NCBI GenBank assembly: GCA_036339735.1
Contig: JAYZAL010000027.1
Span: 1-48,077 of the forward strand
Source: Candidatus Poribacteria bacterium
Lineage (GTDB): Bacteria; Poribacteria; WGA-4E; UBA9662
Length of the DNA stretch: 48,077 nucleotides
Direction: 5' to 3'
Under the pieces are notes generated by a model that was given only the letters and a program-made list of their open reading frames with translations, made no database searches and had not been told where the DNA came from. Positions 28,191 through 37,242 of the stretch are shown piece by piece; the first letter of the stretch is position 1; each line of letters starts with the position of its first letter. Made by a program: the position numbers and the translations under genes.

Positions 28191-28300
28191 TACGCTTAGG
28201 TTACTCCTTGAGTGATAGTCAGGGTTTCAGAGATGGTTTTGATCAGTAATCTCTCCTTACTGTTGTTATCCAGCCGTCCTGAAGCCTTGACTTCTTTGCT
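28191..28300 (+). ncRNA. Putative sigma-54-dependent sRNA (two hairpins with CUCC-containing tips)
   Basis: Hairpin 1: UUACUC-CUU-GAGUGA (28201-28215). Hairpin 2: 14 bp (28217-30/28279-92) + 7 bp (28232-38/28272-78) + 6 bp (28244-49/28257-62) with loop UCUCUCC, followed by UCUUU. Four G-U pairs in the two lower helices favour the + strand. Confidence 0.6.
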
Positions 28301-28759
28301 GTAGAAATTTACCAAATTAGCTAGACGTGAGCAGAATGTGAATTGTCTTTTTACCAATCTTAGACTCGTGATAGTCCGGAGGGTGAACTCATTTCTCCGT
28401 GCCTTTTGCTCGAAAAATAGTATTGTGTTTAACAGAGTAGTTTGTTAATATCCATTCGAGGTTAACGATACGTCGTTGAACGGCTAAAGGCATCTCACGA
28501 GATTCCCGAATTCATGACCACTTCTTATTCTTACAGAAAAACATTCAGACCACAGAATAGTATTTAGTTTTGATTCAATACAGGCTGCGACCGGTGGTAA
28601 ACCCAATCTGAAAATAACATTTAATCTGGTAAGATTGCTAGTATCACTCCGATTGAGGATAACAATACTACGTTGTAAACCGATCGGAATTTGGGTAGGG
28701 ATTCTGTGTTCCCGGAATCTGCTTGCTTACCATCAGCTTCTTCAATATTTTAATTCATT

Positions 28760-28781
28760 TTTGTATAGAATTTGTATAGAA
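28760..28781. repeat. 11-bp tandem repeat just upstream of the PEPCK gene
   Basis: TTTGTATAGAA twice. Confidence 0.85.
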
Positions 28782-28800
28782 ATAATTCAATAATTAAGCC

Positions 28801-31800
28801 ATGCATTCCTCTAATACTTTATTAACTCGAATCGGGTTTGATACCGAAATGAGTACTTCTGTCGTTCCTAAATTGGACATCATCGAATTTATCAATATGC
28901 AACTTGATGTCCTTGGTCAGCCGATCTTTGGTTGTCGTTCTGAGTACCCGTTATTGCAGGCTAGCCAAACGATGATGGCACGATACCGAGCCAAAGAAAA
29001 ACTACGAGATAACTTACAATCTCCAGTTGATCAACGTATTCAGATTTGGCTAAATTCTTATCTAGGAGATAAAGCTCCTCAGTTGCCGTCTCAGAATTTT
29101 GAATTAAGCCAACATGGTATTGCACGTAGTTTGTCCCTGCCACCTAATGGCGATGAATTTCACAGTTCCATTATCTCTAGTTACAGAGTTAACAATGGAG
29201 TACTTCATAATCCGATCAATGACCGACGAACGACAGCCGGTAGTTTTCACGTAGCTGAAGGTGGATTACCAATCCCTCAAGATAAAAAATCTGTTCCACT
29301 GGATACTTTTTCTCGACTCCTGTCAATTGCTTTACAACCACCCGAAGAGGTTATGGAGTTACCATTAACTGCGAACCAAGACAAGTCAGCATGTGCATGG
29401 GTCTCTTTATTATTGAGACCCGTGGTCTGCCCAGAAGTGAACGGATTTGTTCGCGAAAAAAGTATGGAAATTCGCTTTTTTGCTCCAGGTAATCTTGTAA
29501 GTAACCTAGATTTTGTAGAAAGTATTTTTGGTAATGCGGGTGATCCATACCTTTTAGAGAACGATGCAGGTCTAGATATTGATCACTGGAGTGGACACAC
29601 AGGTTGCGTGATCCTAGCACCTCACCTTGATTCAATCACAAAAGAATCAGTAGGATTGCCACACTTTTCATCTGCTTCCCCCAGACAACGCAAAGACGGT
29701 ATGTGTTGGACCCAAAAAGACGAAAAGTATAACGATGGTTCTCCTTTCAAATTAACGGCTCGGAATTCTGATGGCGTAATTATCACTATAATCTCCGATA
29801 ATTATTTTGGATACTGTAAAAAAGAAGTCAAAACGCAAATAAGTTTCGCTTGTAACCTGATGGGGTTATCGGAGGAAGAACACGCTGGTGGTACTTTGGC
29901 TTTTCCTAGTTATGATTTAGGAGAAGACTTTCGATTAAACTCGAAAATCTTTCCTGAAGCTAATCACAAAATTAAAACAGTAATTGACCATTTAGGTTCG
30001 CGTATCAAAGTGCAGAAAGAAGGCCATGCTATCGACCAATACTATCCAGATGTTATTTACGTGCCTGAAAATTCTGTTTTTAGACTCAACAATCGTAGTA
30101 TTTCCTGGAAAGACCCCGACGACTCATCTATTCAGCAAAAGATTAAGTTGTTAGCAAATAAAGTTTACTTATTACCTTCGGGCTATAAGGTACAGTTGTC
30201 AAAATCGGCTAATCAACCACTTGGTTCATGGAAGTTAATTGGTACACGTGCTCAACCCTGTATGGCTCATAAACCATGTACTGTTTCGGGAGGTGGCAAA
30301 TCAGAGATCTCAAAATCGATTGCTGATGCAATAATCCATGCCCCATTTTATGTGAGCAATTTATCGGACAGTTTGGATGCTGTTGAAAAAGTATTAAGCC
30401 ACAACTACCAAAACCGATTTAAAAATCAAGACCGAAATCAGGACCAACGTTCAATATTAGATCAAGACCGTTCTCTAGGTTCGGTAATTCAGTTGTTAAC
30501 ACCTTCAGATTCATACACAGATCAGCATAATGCTTTTATTGAGTCAATTCCGACCGAAACTAAAGAATTAGTTCTACTTTTGAAGCGACTTTACAAACCA
30601 ACTTGGGGACAAGACTGGAAACAACACTTTGGTGTGACAATGATTAACGGTGTTCCAGGACATGAACTCCGTTATCAAGGAAGATTAGTTGCCACAAATT
30701 ATCTTAGAGTAGGTTATGAAACTGATAAATCTTGGAGAATCTTCCGTCTTCGAAAGGACTTCTCTCCAGCTCAAAAAATTCAGACGGGGGATGATATTAC
30801 AGCCTCCATTTTAGTACCAAGAAATTGGTTGACTGTTGAATTCGGAGAGATAGAGAACCCATCAGTCAAATTAGTTCACAATTGTGAATATAGGCTATTT
30901 CAAAGGCCTGACGATGCTATCATTGCCGGTTATGATCATCAAACCGAACATGACCTATCGCGTTCCAACAATTTTCTTGTTAATTACGAGCCAATCCCAC
31001 AGGTACAAGCTGAAGAGATTATAGATGATGTCGTTCATTTTGATGAGTTTACCGAACCAATGAAAAGATTCATTCAAAAAGTTGGTCAGAATATATCTAG
31101 CGAATCTTATTTTTGCTGTTCATCCTACCCGAGAGTTATTGCAGGCAACCCCTCAAAGAACCCACGTTACTTACAAAATCGGCCTGATCTGGATAACCCT
31201 CGTGATCAGTATGTGGCTGAGATGGGATTGCGACTTTTCCGACACCTAACCTTAGATGATCCCATTCACACACCAGTTGATGTGGTATGTCCAGGAAGAC
31301 GAAACAATCCACCAGAAGAAAGCGTTCGCTGTTTAGCTGTCTTCAACCCAATCCATTATTTGCCACTGCCTGAAGCTTTTATTGAATTCATTTCATCCAT
31401 GACTGGGAAAAGTCCTTCCACTACTGGTGCTGGAAGCGAGGGTGCTTTAACAAAAGGGCCCTTTAATGCTTTGCTTCCAATTCATGATTTAAACGCAGCA
31501 CTATTGTCTTATATTATAAGTGGTTATAATCCGTTCGTTACGGCCTCAGGTTATGTAGGCCCCAATTTTCGTGTAGACCACGATATTAGTCTATTAGTCC
31601 CAGAAGTTTTTTGTCGAATGGAACGTCATGAAAGAGATCCGGAGTGGTTGATTAAAAATCGAATGCTAGAACCTGTCCCCGATTTAGTTTATCAGAACCG
31701 AACCTTGCCTAGCTCAATTCTTGGCTATCGCATCACTGACGATTTTATTAACCGGTTTATGGCTCGTATATTTAGCCACCCATCTGTTCTATTCACCGAG

Positions 31801-32238
31801 TCTATGCTGAAACCTGAGCTACAAGACCTTGATGCTTTCGCTGAAGGTATTGACAATGTTATGTCAACTCATCGTCGAGTAGCTCAATACTACTTTGAAG
31901 ATAAAAGTATCAAATATGCGGTTCCTCCACTAGTTGCACTACTTCATATTATGAAGGACGGCCACTACCAGAACAAAACGCTCAAGGATTCCGAAATTCG
32001 AGGTTTATTTAAACGCGAATATGTGATAGAAAGCGAATGGTATCAAGAACGCCTTATATCACAGCAAAATCGGGATATTGTGAGAAGTCGGCGGATAGAA
32101 GCATATTTGGGAACGTTGGAATCTACCAGTGAGCTACAAGAGAAAAAGAGCCAGATAGACAAGCAGATTGAGTATTTTCAATCCGGATCATACCTTAAAT
32201 CGTTGGTCGGTACAATTGGGCGAGATCCAGCCCTTTAG
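28801..32238 (+). CDS. PPi-dependent phosphoenolpyruvate carboxykinase (PEP carboxytransphosphorylase type)
   Basis: 1145 aa. GVLHNP..DRRTT.G.FH, SNLDFVESIFGNAGDP, DNYFGYCKKEVKTQIS, HKPCTVSGGGKSEISK (P-loop-like), RLFQRPDDA and TGKSPSTTGAGSEGALTK, as recalled for the Propionibacterium/Entamoeba family. Confidence 0.88.
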   Translation: MHSSNTLLTRIGFDTEMSTSVVPKLDIIEFINMQLDVLGQPIFGCRSEYPLLQASQTMMARYRAKEKLRDNLQSPVDQRIQIWLNSYLGDKAPQLPSQNFELSQHGIARSLSLPPNGDEFHSSIISSYRVNNGVLHNPINDRRTTAGSFHVAEGGLPIPQDKKSVPLDTFSRLLSIALQPPEEVMELPLTANQDKSACAWVSLLLRPVVCPEVNGFVREKSMEIRFFAPGNLVSNLDFVESIFGNAGDPYLLENDAGLDIDHWSGHTGCVILAPHLDSITKESVGLPHFSSASPRQRKDGMCWTQKDEKYNDGSPFKLTARNSDGVIITIISDNYFGYCKKEVKTQISFACNLMGLSEEEHAGGTLAFPSYDLGEDFRLNSKIFPEANHKIKTVIDHLGSRIKVQKEGHAIDQYYPDVIYVPENSVFRLNNRSISWKDPDDSSIQQKIKLLANKVYLLPSGYKVQLSKSANQPLGSWKLIGTRAQPCMAHKPCTVSGGGKSEISKSIADAIIHAPFYVSNLSDSLDAVEKVLSHNYQNRFKNQDRNQDQRSILDQDRSLGSVIQLLTPSDSYTDQHNAFIESIPTETKELVLLLKRLYKPTWGQDWKQHFGVTMINGVPGHELRYQGRLVATNYLRVGYETDKSWRIFRLRKDFSPAQKIQTGDDITASILVPRNWLTVEFGEIENPSVKLVHNCEYRLFQRPDDAIIAGYDHQTEHDLSRSNNFLVNYEPIPQVQAEEIIDDVVHFDEFTEPMKRFIQKVGQNISSESYFCCSSYPRVIAGNPSKNPRYLQNRPDLDNPRDQYVAEMGLRLFRHLTLDDPIHTPVDVVCPGRRNNPPEESVRCLAVFNPIHYLPLPEAFIEFISSMTGKSPSTTGAGSEGALTKGPFNALLPIHDLNAALLSYIISGYNPFVTASGYVGPNFRVDHDISLLVPEVFCRMERHERDPEWLIKNRMLEPVPDLVYQNRTLPSSILGYRITDDFINRFMARIFSHPSVLFTESMLKPELQDLDAFAEGIDNVMSTHRRVAQYYFEDKSIKYAVPPLVALLHIMKDGHYQNKTLKDSEIRGLFKREYVIESEWYQERLISQQNRDIVRSRRIEAYLGTLESTSELQEKKSQIDKQIEYFQSGSYLKSLVGTIGRDPAL

Positions 32239-32252
32239 AAAGAGTTAATCAC

Positions 32253-32885
32253 CTACTTCTTTAGGCTAGCCCAAGTGTTTGCTAAAAGTCGAAGAGGCTT
32301 GACAGCCGTAATGGCGTCTAAAAAAAGGAATGTGTTCTGGATAGAAACAAAATCACTAACCGGTGTGGTGACAGGGATACTAGTACCAGTTAGCATATAT
32401 CCTTTCCCTTCATCAACAGCAATCACTTGAAAAAACTTAACTTGCGTTCCATCGCTAGCACTACCAGTGTAAATTAGTCGGTATGCTGGCCGCCCCCCTA
32501 ATTCAACCAAATCGATAATAAGGTTATTTAAATTCCTAATTCCGACCTGGAGCGCTAATAAACTGATATCTAGATAATTATTTAGAGTTACTTTTCTGGA
32601 AGAGAGTTTCTCGGCTTCGACACTGAGATTGGCTATAATACCTCTATTGGCCAAAGTTTTATCATCTGTTGACATCATAAATAAAAGTTTTGGTATATTA
32701 TCTTGTAATCGCCAATGAGAGAAACTCACTGGTAGACTAATCCGAAAATTAAAATCGGTGTTAGTGTAAGTATTACCCTGAATTCCAGTTTTATGTTGTG
32801 CTAATGACGAATTAACACTACTCATCATCAGAATAGCGGCCATCAAAGATATAAATCGAAAGTTGTGGTTAATCAACATTCTCAC
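32253..32885 (-). CDS. Secreted PsbP/DcrB-like protein with a Poribacteria-type C-terminal motif
   Basis: Signal peptide ending SSLA|Q, YTN..FNFRISLP...W, LGGRPAYRLIYT, GKGYMLT; ends AVKPLRLLANTWASLKK. Confidence 0.7.
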   Translation of the reverse strand: MRMLINHNFRFISLMAAILMMSSVNSSLAQHKTGIQGNTYTNTDFNFRISLPVSFSHWRLQDNIPKLLFMMSTDDKTLANRGIIANLSVEAEKLSSRKVTLNNYLDISLLALQVGIRNLNNLIIDLVELGGRPAYRLIYTGSASDGTQVKFFQVIAVDEGKGYMLTGTSIPVTTPVSDFVSIQNTFLFLDAITAVKPLRLLANTWASLKK

Positions 32886-32940
32886 TCCACCAGCTTAGAT
32901 TTTCCGTTTTTTTTCGGTTAAGCCGCAATAAATTCAGTTG

Positions 32941-34002
32941 TTATTGGTCAATTCGAACTTCTTTCCCAGCTGATTGACTTTGATAGATACCGTCCAGAAT
33001 GGACATAACTTGTTTTGACTGTTCTGGAGGAACTGGTGAGGGAGCACCATCAACAATTGCTTGAGCAAATTCAATACATTCTTGAGCGTGTGCTTCTAAC
33101 GTTTCTGGGAAGTTTTTTAATTCTTTTTCTTCGAAAGACTTATTTTCCTTATCATCCCATAAAAACTCACACTTTGGCCAGTGGCAACCTGCTTTAGTGC
33201 CATAAAGCCACATTTGCATATCTTCACCAGTAGTACGATGATGCATAAGCCAACTGACTTCCAAAACTAGGGTTGCTCCATTTTCAAATCGAACAAAAGC
33301 TGCAGCATAATCTTCCACGTCAAATTCTTTTGGAATCTCACTATGTCCCCAACCAGTAAATGATCCATCTTGTTTGGCAAGCGGTGCCGCGGCTACACCA
33401 CTGACCGCCACTGGATTAGGATTACCCATAAACCATAAGGTTAGATCAAGAATATGTACACCGATGTCTATACAAGGTCCCCCACCACTGTTTTTTTTCA
33501 AAATGAATCCCGAACCGGTTGGTATTGCCCAGCGACGAATCATCCAGCTTCGAGCATGATAAATATCTCCAAGTGTGCCCTGATCAATTTCGGCCTTCAT
33601 GGCTTTGGAATTACCCTGAAAGCGAAAGTGCTGTGCCGTCATTAGCAATTTCCCCGACTTATTACGAGCGTCAATCATTTTTTGGATATCCGATGGCTTT
33701 GGCGCCAACGGTTTTTCACAAATAACATGCTTGCCAGCTTCTAATGCTGCAATAGACAAAGGCGCATGATACATATTTGGCACACAAACATCAATTATAT
33801 CAATGTCAGGGTCATTGAATAAATCTGAGGGGTCATTAGTCAATTTTTTGACATCATGCTCTTTCCCCCAATCTGGAAGAATATCTTCGCGCAAATCGCA
33901 ACCAGCAACAATCTCAGCGTGCGGGGATGCTTTCCAACCAGGTAAGTGAGTATTTGAAATTCCACCAACACCAATAATACCAACTTTCAAGATCTTCGAC
34001 AT
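32941..34002 (-). CDS. Gfo/Idh/MocA family oxidoreductase
   Basis: VGIIGVGGIS, GKHVICEKP, SGGGPCIDIGVH, DVEDYA. Confidence 0.95.
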   Translation of the reverse strand: MSKILKVGIIGVGGISNTHLPGWKASPHAEIVAGCDLREDILPDWGKEHDVKKLTNDPSDLFNDPDIDIIDVCVPNMYHAPLSIAALEAGKHVICEKPLAPKPSDIQKMIDARNKSGKLLMTAQHFRFQGNSKAMKAEIDQGTLGDIYHARSWMIRRWAIPTGSGFILKKNSGGGPCIDIGVHILDLTLWFMGNPNPVAVSGVAAAPLAKQDGSFTGWGHSEIPKEFDVEDYAAAFVRFENGATLVLEVSWLMHHRTTGEDMQMWLYGTKAGCHWPKCEFLWDDKENKSFEEKELKNFPETLEAHAQECIEFAQAIVDGAPSPVPPEQSKQVMSILDGIYQSQSAGKEVRIDQ

Positions 34003-34054
34003 TATTTTTAACTCTCCGACTTTCTATACACCAATTAATCCTTACAGAGGCTAG

Positions 34055-34083
34055 ATTATGCCTATTTACTTAGCAAATGTCAA
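34055..34083 (-). promoter_or_regulatory. Sigma-70 promoter of the oxidoreductase gene
   Basis: TTGACA-17nt-CATAAT on the minus strand. Confidence 0.7.
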
Positions 34084-34161
34084 AGTATAAGGCCAACCGA
34101 ATCGGCTTCTGTCTTGCTAGATTGTGTACCATTTGATATTATCCAATCTGTGACCGACAAC

Positions 34162-35034
34162 ATGACAGATAAAACTCAAGAAATCCTCAAAAAAATCCAG
34201 CGTATCGAAGTTCTTACTCGCCGGTTAGTCAATAATATCTTTGCCGGCGAATATCAGAGTACTTTTCGAGGTCAAGGTATGGAATTTGATGAAGTACGTG
34301 AATATCAGCCAGGAGATGAAATTCGAGCTATAGATTGGAATGTAACTGCTCGTATAGGACAACCATTTGTCAAAACCTTTGTCGAAGAAAGAGAATTAGT
34401 AATGATGCTGCTAGTTGATGTTAGCAGATCCAATGACTTTGGTACAAGACAACAAATTAAAGCAGAAATTATAGCAGAAGTTGCTGCTCTGATGGCATTT
34501 TCCGCTATTAAAAATAATGATAAGGTTGGGCTAATTAACTTCACTGATCAGATCGAGATTTTTGTTCCACCTCGCAAAGGTAAAAAGCATGTGTTGCGAT
34601 TGATTCATCATATTTTGCAGGCTAAACCAAATGGAAAAGCAACCGATATCAGTTTAGCTTTAGAATATCTCAGTCGTGTACAAAAAAGGCGGAGTGTGGT
34701 TTTCCTAATTTCTGATTTCCAAGATAAAAAATATGAAACATGGCTACAGGTCGTCAACCAAAAGCATGACCTCATCGCGATTGTGGTCACCGACCCGGCT
34801 GAACTATTTTTGCCTAATGTAGGACTGATAGAATTAGAAGATGCTGAGACCAACTCGACCTTATTACTGGACACAAGTAATACTAAGACACGGAATGCTT
34901 ATAAAGAACTAGGACAAAAGAAATCCGAAGAGCGACAGTTACTTCTTAATTCGAACAAAATTGACCAAATTGAAATCCGAACGGATCAATCTTATGTCTT
35001 TCCTTTACTAAATTTCTTTCAGAATCGACGTTAA
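34162..35034 (+). CDS. DUF58 / vWA-domain protein (MoxR-associated family)
   Basis: GEYQS.FRGQGMEF.EVREYQPGD..R.IDWNVTAR, EEREL, DVSRS (MIDAS), LISDF. ATG 34162 is preferred because the track's TTG 34114 coincides with a plausible -35 (TTGCTA-17-TATTAT). Confidence 0.93.
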   Translation: MTDKTQEILKKIQRIEVLTRRLVNNIFAGEYQSTFRGQGMEFDEVREYQPGDEIRAIDWNVTARIGQPFVKTFVEERELVMMLLVDVSRSNDFGTRQQIKAEIIAEVAALMAFSAIKNNDKVGLINFTDQIEIFVPPRKGKKHVLRLIHHILQAKPNGKATDISLALEYLSRVQKRRSVVFLISDFQDKKYETWLQVVNQKHDLIAIVVTDPAELFLPNVGLIELEDAETNSTLLLDTSNTKTRNAYKELGQKKSEERQLLLNSNKIDQIEIRTDQSYVFPLLNFFQNRR

Positions 35035-35035
35035 T

Positions 35036-36568
35036 TTACTGCCAATAATTACGATCTAAACTTCGGTATTGAATGGCTTCCGAAACATGGACTGGCCGAA
35101 TATTTGGACTGTAGTCCAAGTCTGCAATGGTACGAGAAACTTTCAAGATACGATCATATGCACGCGCACTCAACCCTAATTGATCCAGCGCTACTCGCAA
35201 TAAATCCTGAGCATTCTCCGTGACCTGACAATATTGTCTAATTTCTTTCGGACGCATACTGGCATTAGAATGAATGTTGGCCTCAGTAAATCGATCTACC
35301 TGAATCGACCGGGCGGCCTGTACACGTTGTCGAATTTCCACTGATGGTTCCCCAATGGTACTATCTGCTAAATCTTGGTATTTGACTGCTGGGACCTCAA
35401 TTTGAATATCGATACGGTCTAATAATGGCCCCGAGATTTTCGAAACATAACGCTTTATTTGTTCAGAATTACACTGGCAGTTACGGCTGGTATCTCCAAA
35501 AAAACCGCAGGGGCAAGGATTCATAGCTGCTACTAGCATAAAATTAGAGGGGTAAGTTAAGGCTGCGCTGGCACGAGAAATTGTCACTTCGCCATCTTCC
35601 AACGGCTGTCTCATTACTTCTAGTACATTCTTCCGGAACTCGGGGAGTTCATCTAAGAATAGAACACCATGGTGAGACAGGCTAACTTCGCCAGGTTTGG
35701 GAATTCTACCACCACCAATCAAACCTGCATCGGAAATAGTATGATGTGGGGATCGAAAGGGTCTAGTGGCAATTAAAGGCATTCGATCATTGATCAGACC
35801 TAAAATACTATGAATTTTAGTAGTTTCCAAAGACTCACTCATACTCATATCAGGAAGAACTGTTGGGACTCTTTTTGCAATCATCGTCTTCCCAGAACCA
35901 GGAGGACCAATCATAATAATGTTATGCCCCCCCGCTGCAGCAACCTCGATCGCACGCTTTGCGTGCTCCTGCCCTTTAACATCCGCGAAGTCGATAGTAT
36001 ACTGCGACTGCTTTTTCAATTCTGCTTGGCTATTATAGGAAAATGGAGGGATAGTTAATTTACCATTAAGAAAGTGAACAACTTGCTGCAGATTCTCAAC
36101 CGGATAAATGTCAATACCATCTACCATAGCAACTTCTTTAGCATTTTCTTGAGGTAATAGGAAACTCGTCAATTGATTAGACTTGGCACTTAGAGCAATA
36201 GGTAGACTACCGTTAACAGGACGAATACGACCATCAAGAGCCAATTCACCAACCGTTATTACACCATTTAAATTGTCAGCATCAATCTGGCCCGTAGCAG
36301 CTAAAATACCCAACGCAATAGGTAAGTCAAAGGCCGATCCCTCTTTTCGAATGTCAGCCGGAGCCAAATTAATGGTAATACGACTGGATGGAAAATGAAG
36401 GTCAGAGTTTTTGATAGCCGCAGTGACTCTGTCTTTGCTCTCTTTAATAGCACTATCAGGAAGACCCACCGTATTATAAGCAGACGATCCATCAGAAATA
36501 TCAGTTTCAACTTGAACTAGATAAGCATCCACACCTAACAAAGTACTACTCAAAACATGTGCTAACAA
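35036..36568 (-). CDS. comM: YifB/ComM Mg-chelatase-related AAA+ ATPase
   Basis: VGLPD, ITINLAPADIRKEG, GPPGSGKT, PFRSPHH, FLDELPEF, AMNPCPCG, SGPLLDRID. Probable TTG start at 36568. Confidence 0.93.
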   Translation of the reverse strand: MLAHVLSSTLLGVDAYLVQVETDISDGSSAYNTVGLPDSAIKESKDRVTAAIKNSDLHFPSSRITINLAPADIRKEGSAFDLPIALGILAATGQIDADNLNGVITVGELALDGRIRPVNGSLPIALSAKSNQLTSFLLPQENAKEVAMVDGIDIYPVENLQQVVHFLNGKLTIPPFSYNSQAELKKQSQYTIDFADVKGQEHAKRAIEVAAAGGHNIIMIGPPGSGKTMIAKRVPTVLPDMSMSESLETTKIHSILGLINDRMPLIATRPFRSPHHTISDAGLIGGGRIPKPGEVSLSHHGVLFLDELPEFRKNVLEVMRQPLEDGEVTISRASAALTYPSNFMLVAAMNPCPCGFFGDTSRNCQCNSEQIKRYVSKISGPLLDRIDIQIEVPAVKYQDLADSTIGEPSVEIRQRVQAARSIQVDRFTEANIHSNASMRPKEIRQYCQVTENAQDLLRVALDQLGLSARAYDRILKVSRTIADLDYSPNIRPVHVSEAIQYRSLDRNYWQ

Positions 36569-37242
36569 ATCCGACTTCCCCCAATATAATAAGACCAACA
36601 CAAAAAGTGGTTATATCATTTTCGGACTAAATTGACAAATTAAACCTTGTTCTCTAAACCATTAACATCATCAATTTCTTTTCGTGCGACAATATCCACT
36701 GACGATAATAATTAATTCTACTGATGGTGCACAACGAATGATTTTACTGCTGATTTTAGGTGTCGAACTTTCCAGATAAAGATTAACTGCCCACGGTAGA
36801 GAACTGAGTATCTCTTGATAATTTGACGAACTAAGATTTTGAGTTATCAAAGTAACATACTGATCAGATCGAAAAAAACTTGATTGACTGATGATTTGGG
36901 ATGAGTCTACCACTCAATACATTCTCAACTGAAAGATTAATACCAATTTTAAAATCATTTCGGGTTCGATCTCACAATTAAGATAACTTTTCTTATATTA
37001 TATAACCTGATACCTTCTCGTTTAACACATGAAAGATTTGTAGAACTATTAAACCCACTTTGTAGACCACAGTAGAGGTTCTACGTTTCTTATTCTCATA
37101 GAAATCAACGAAATAAGCTTAGTTAAGACCTAATTATCCGGAATTTTTTAGAATTCTACGATCCAATAGTATTGGTAAAAAGAGCCACAAAATCGTTTAT
37201 TTATTCGCCTAGTTTCGTTCTTCGAGACCAACATTACGAATT

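Noticed and set aside
28368-28385. GATAGTCCGG as an RNase P or group I intron core motif
   Set aside because: Only a partial match. The complementary RNase P 3' motif and the group I P/Q/R elements could not be found.
28583-28615. ZTP or c-di-GMP-I riboswitch-like words (GCGACCGGTGG, GGTAAACC)
   Set aside because: The remaining conserved nucleotides and stems of those aptamers are missing.
28621-28758. Minus-strand short frame (...FRSVYNVVLLSSIGVILAILPD) resembling a small membrane peptide
   Set aside because: The in-frame ATG is followed by TAA two codons later and there is no SD. It cannot be supported, although a decayed gene is not excluded.
36671-36913. 80-aa minus-strand ORF in the comM/WG gap
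   Set aside because: No recognisable motif, Ser/Ile-rich composition typical of spurious AT-rich frames, and a weak start context. An AU/GU-rich hairpin near 36816-36850 is also too weak to call.
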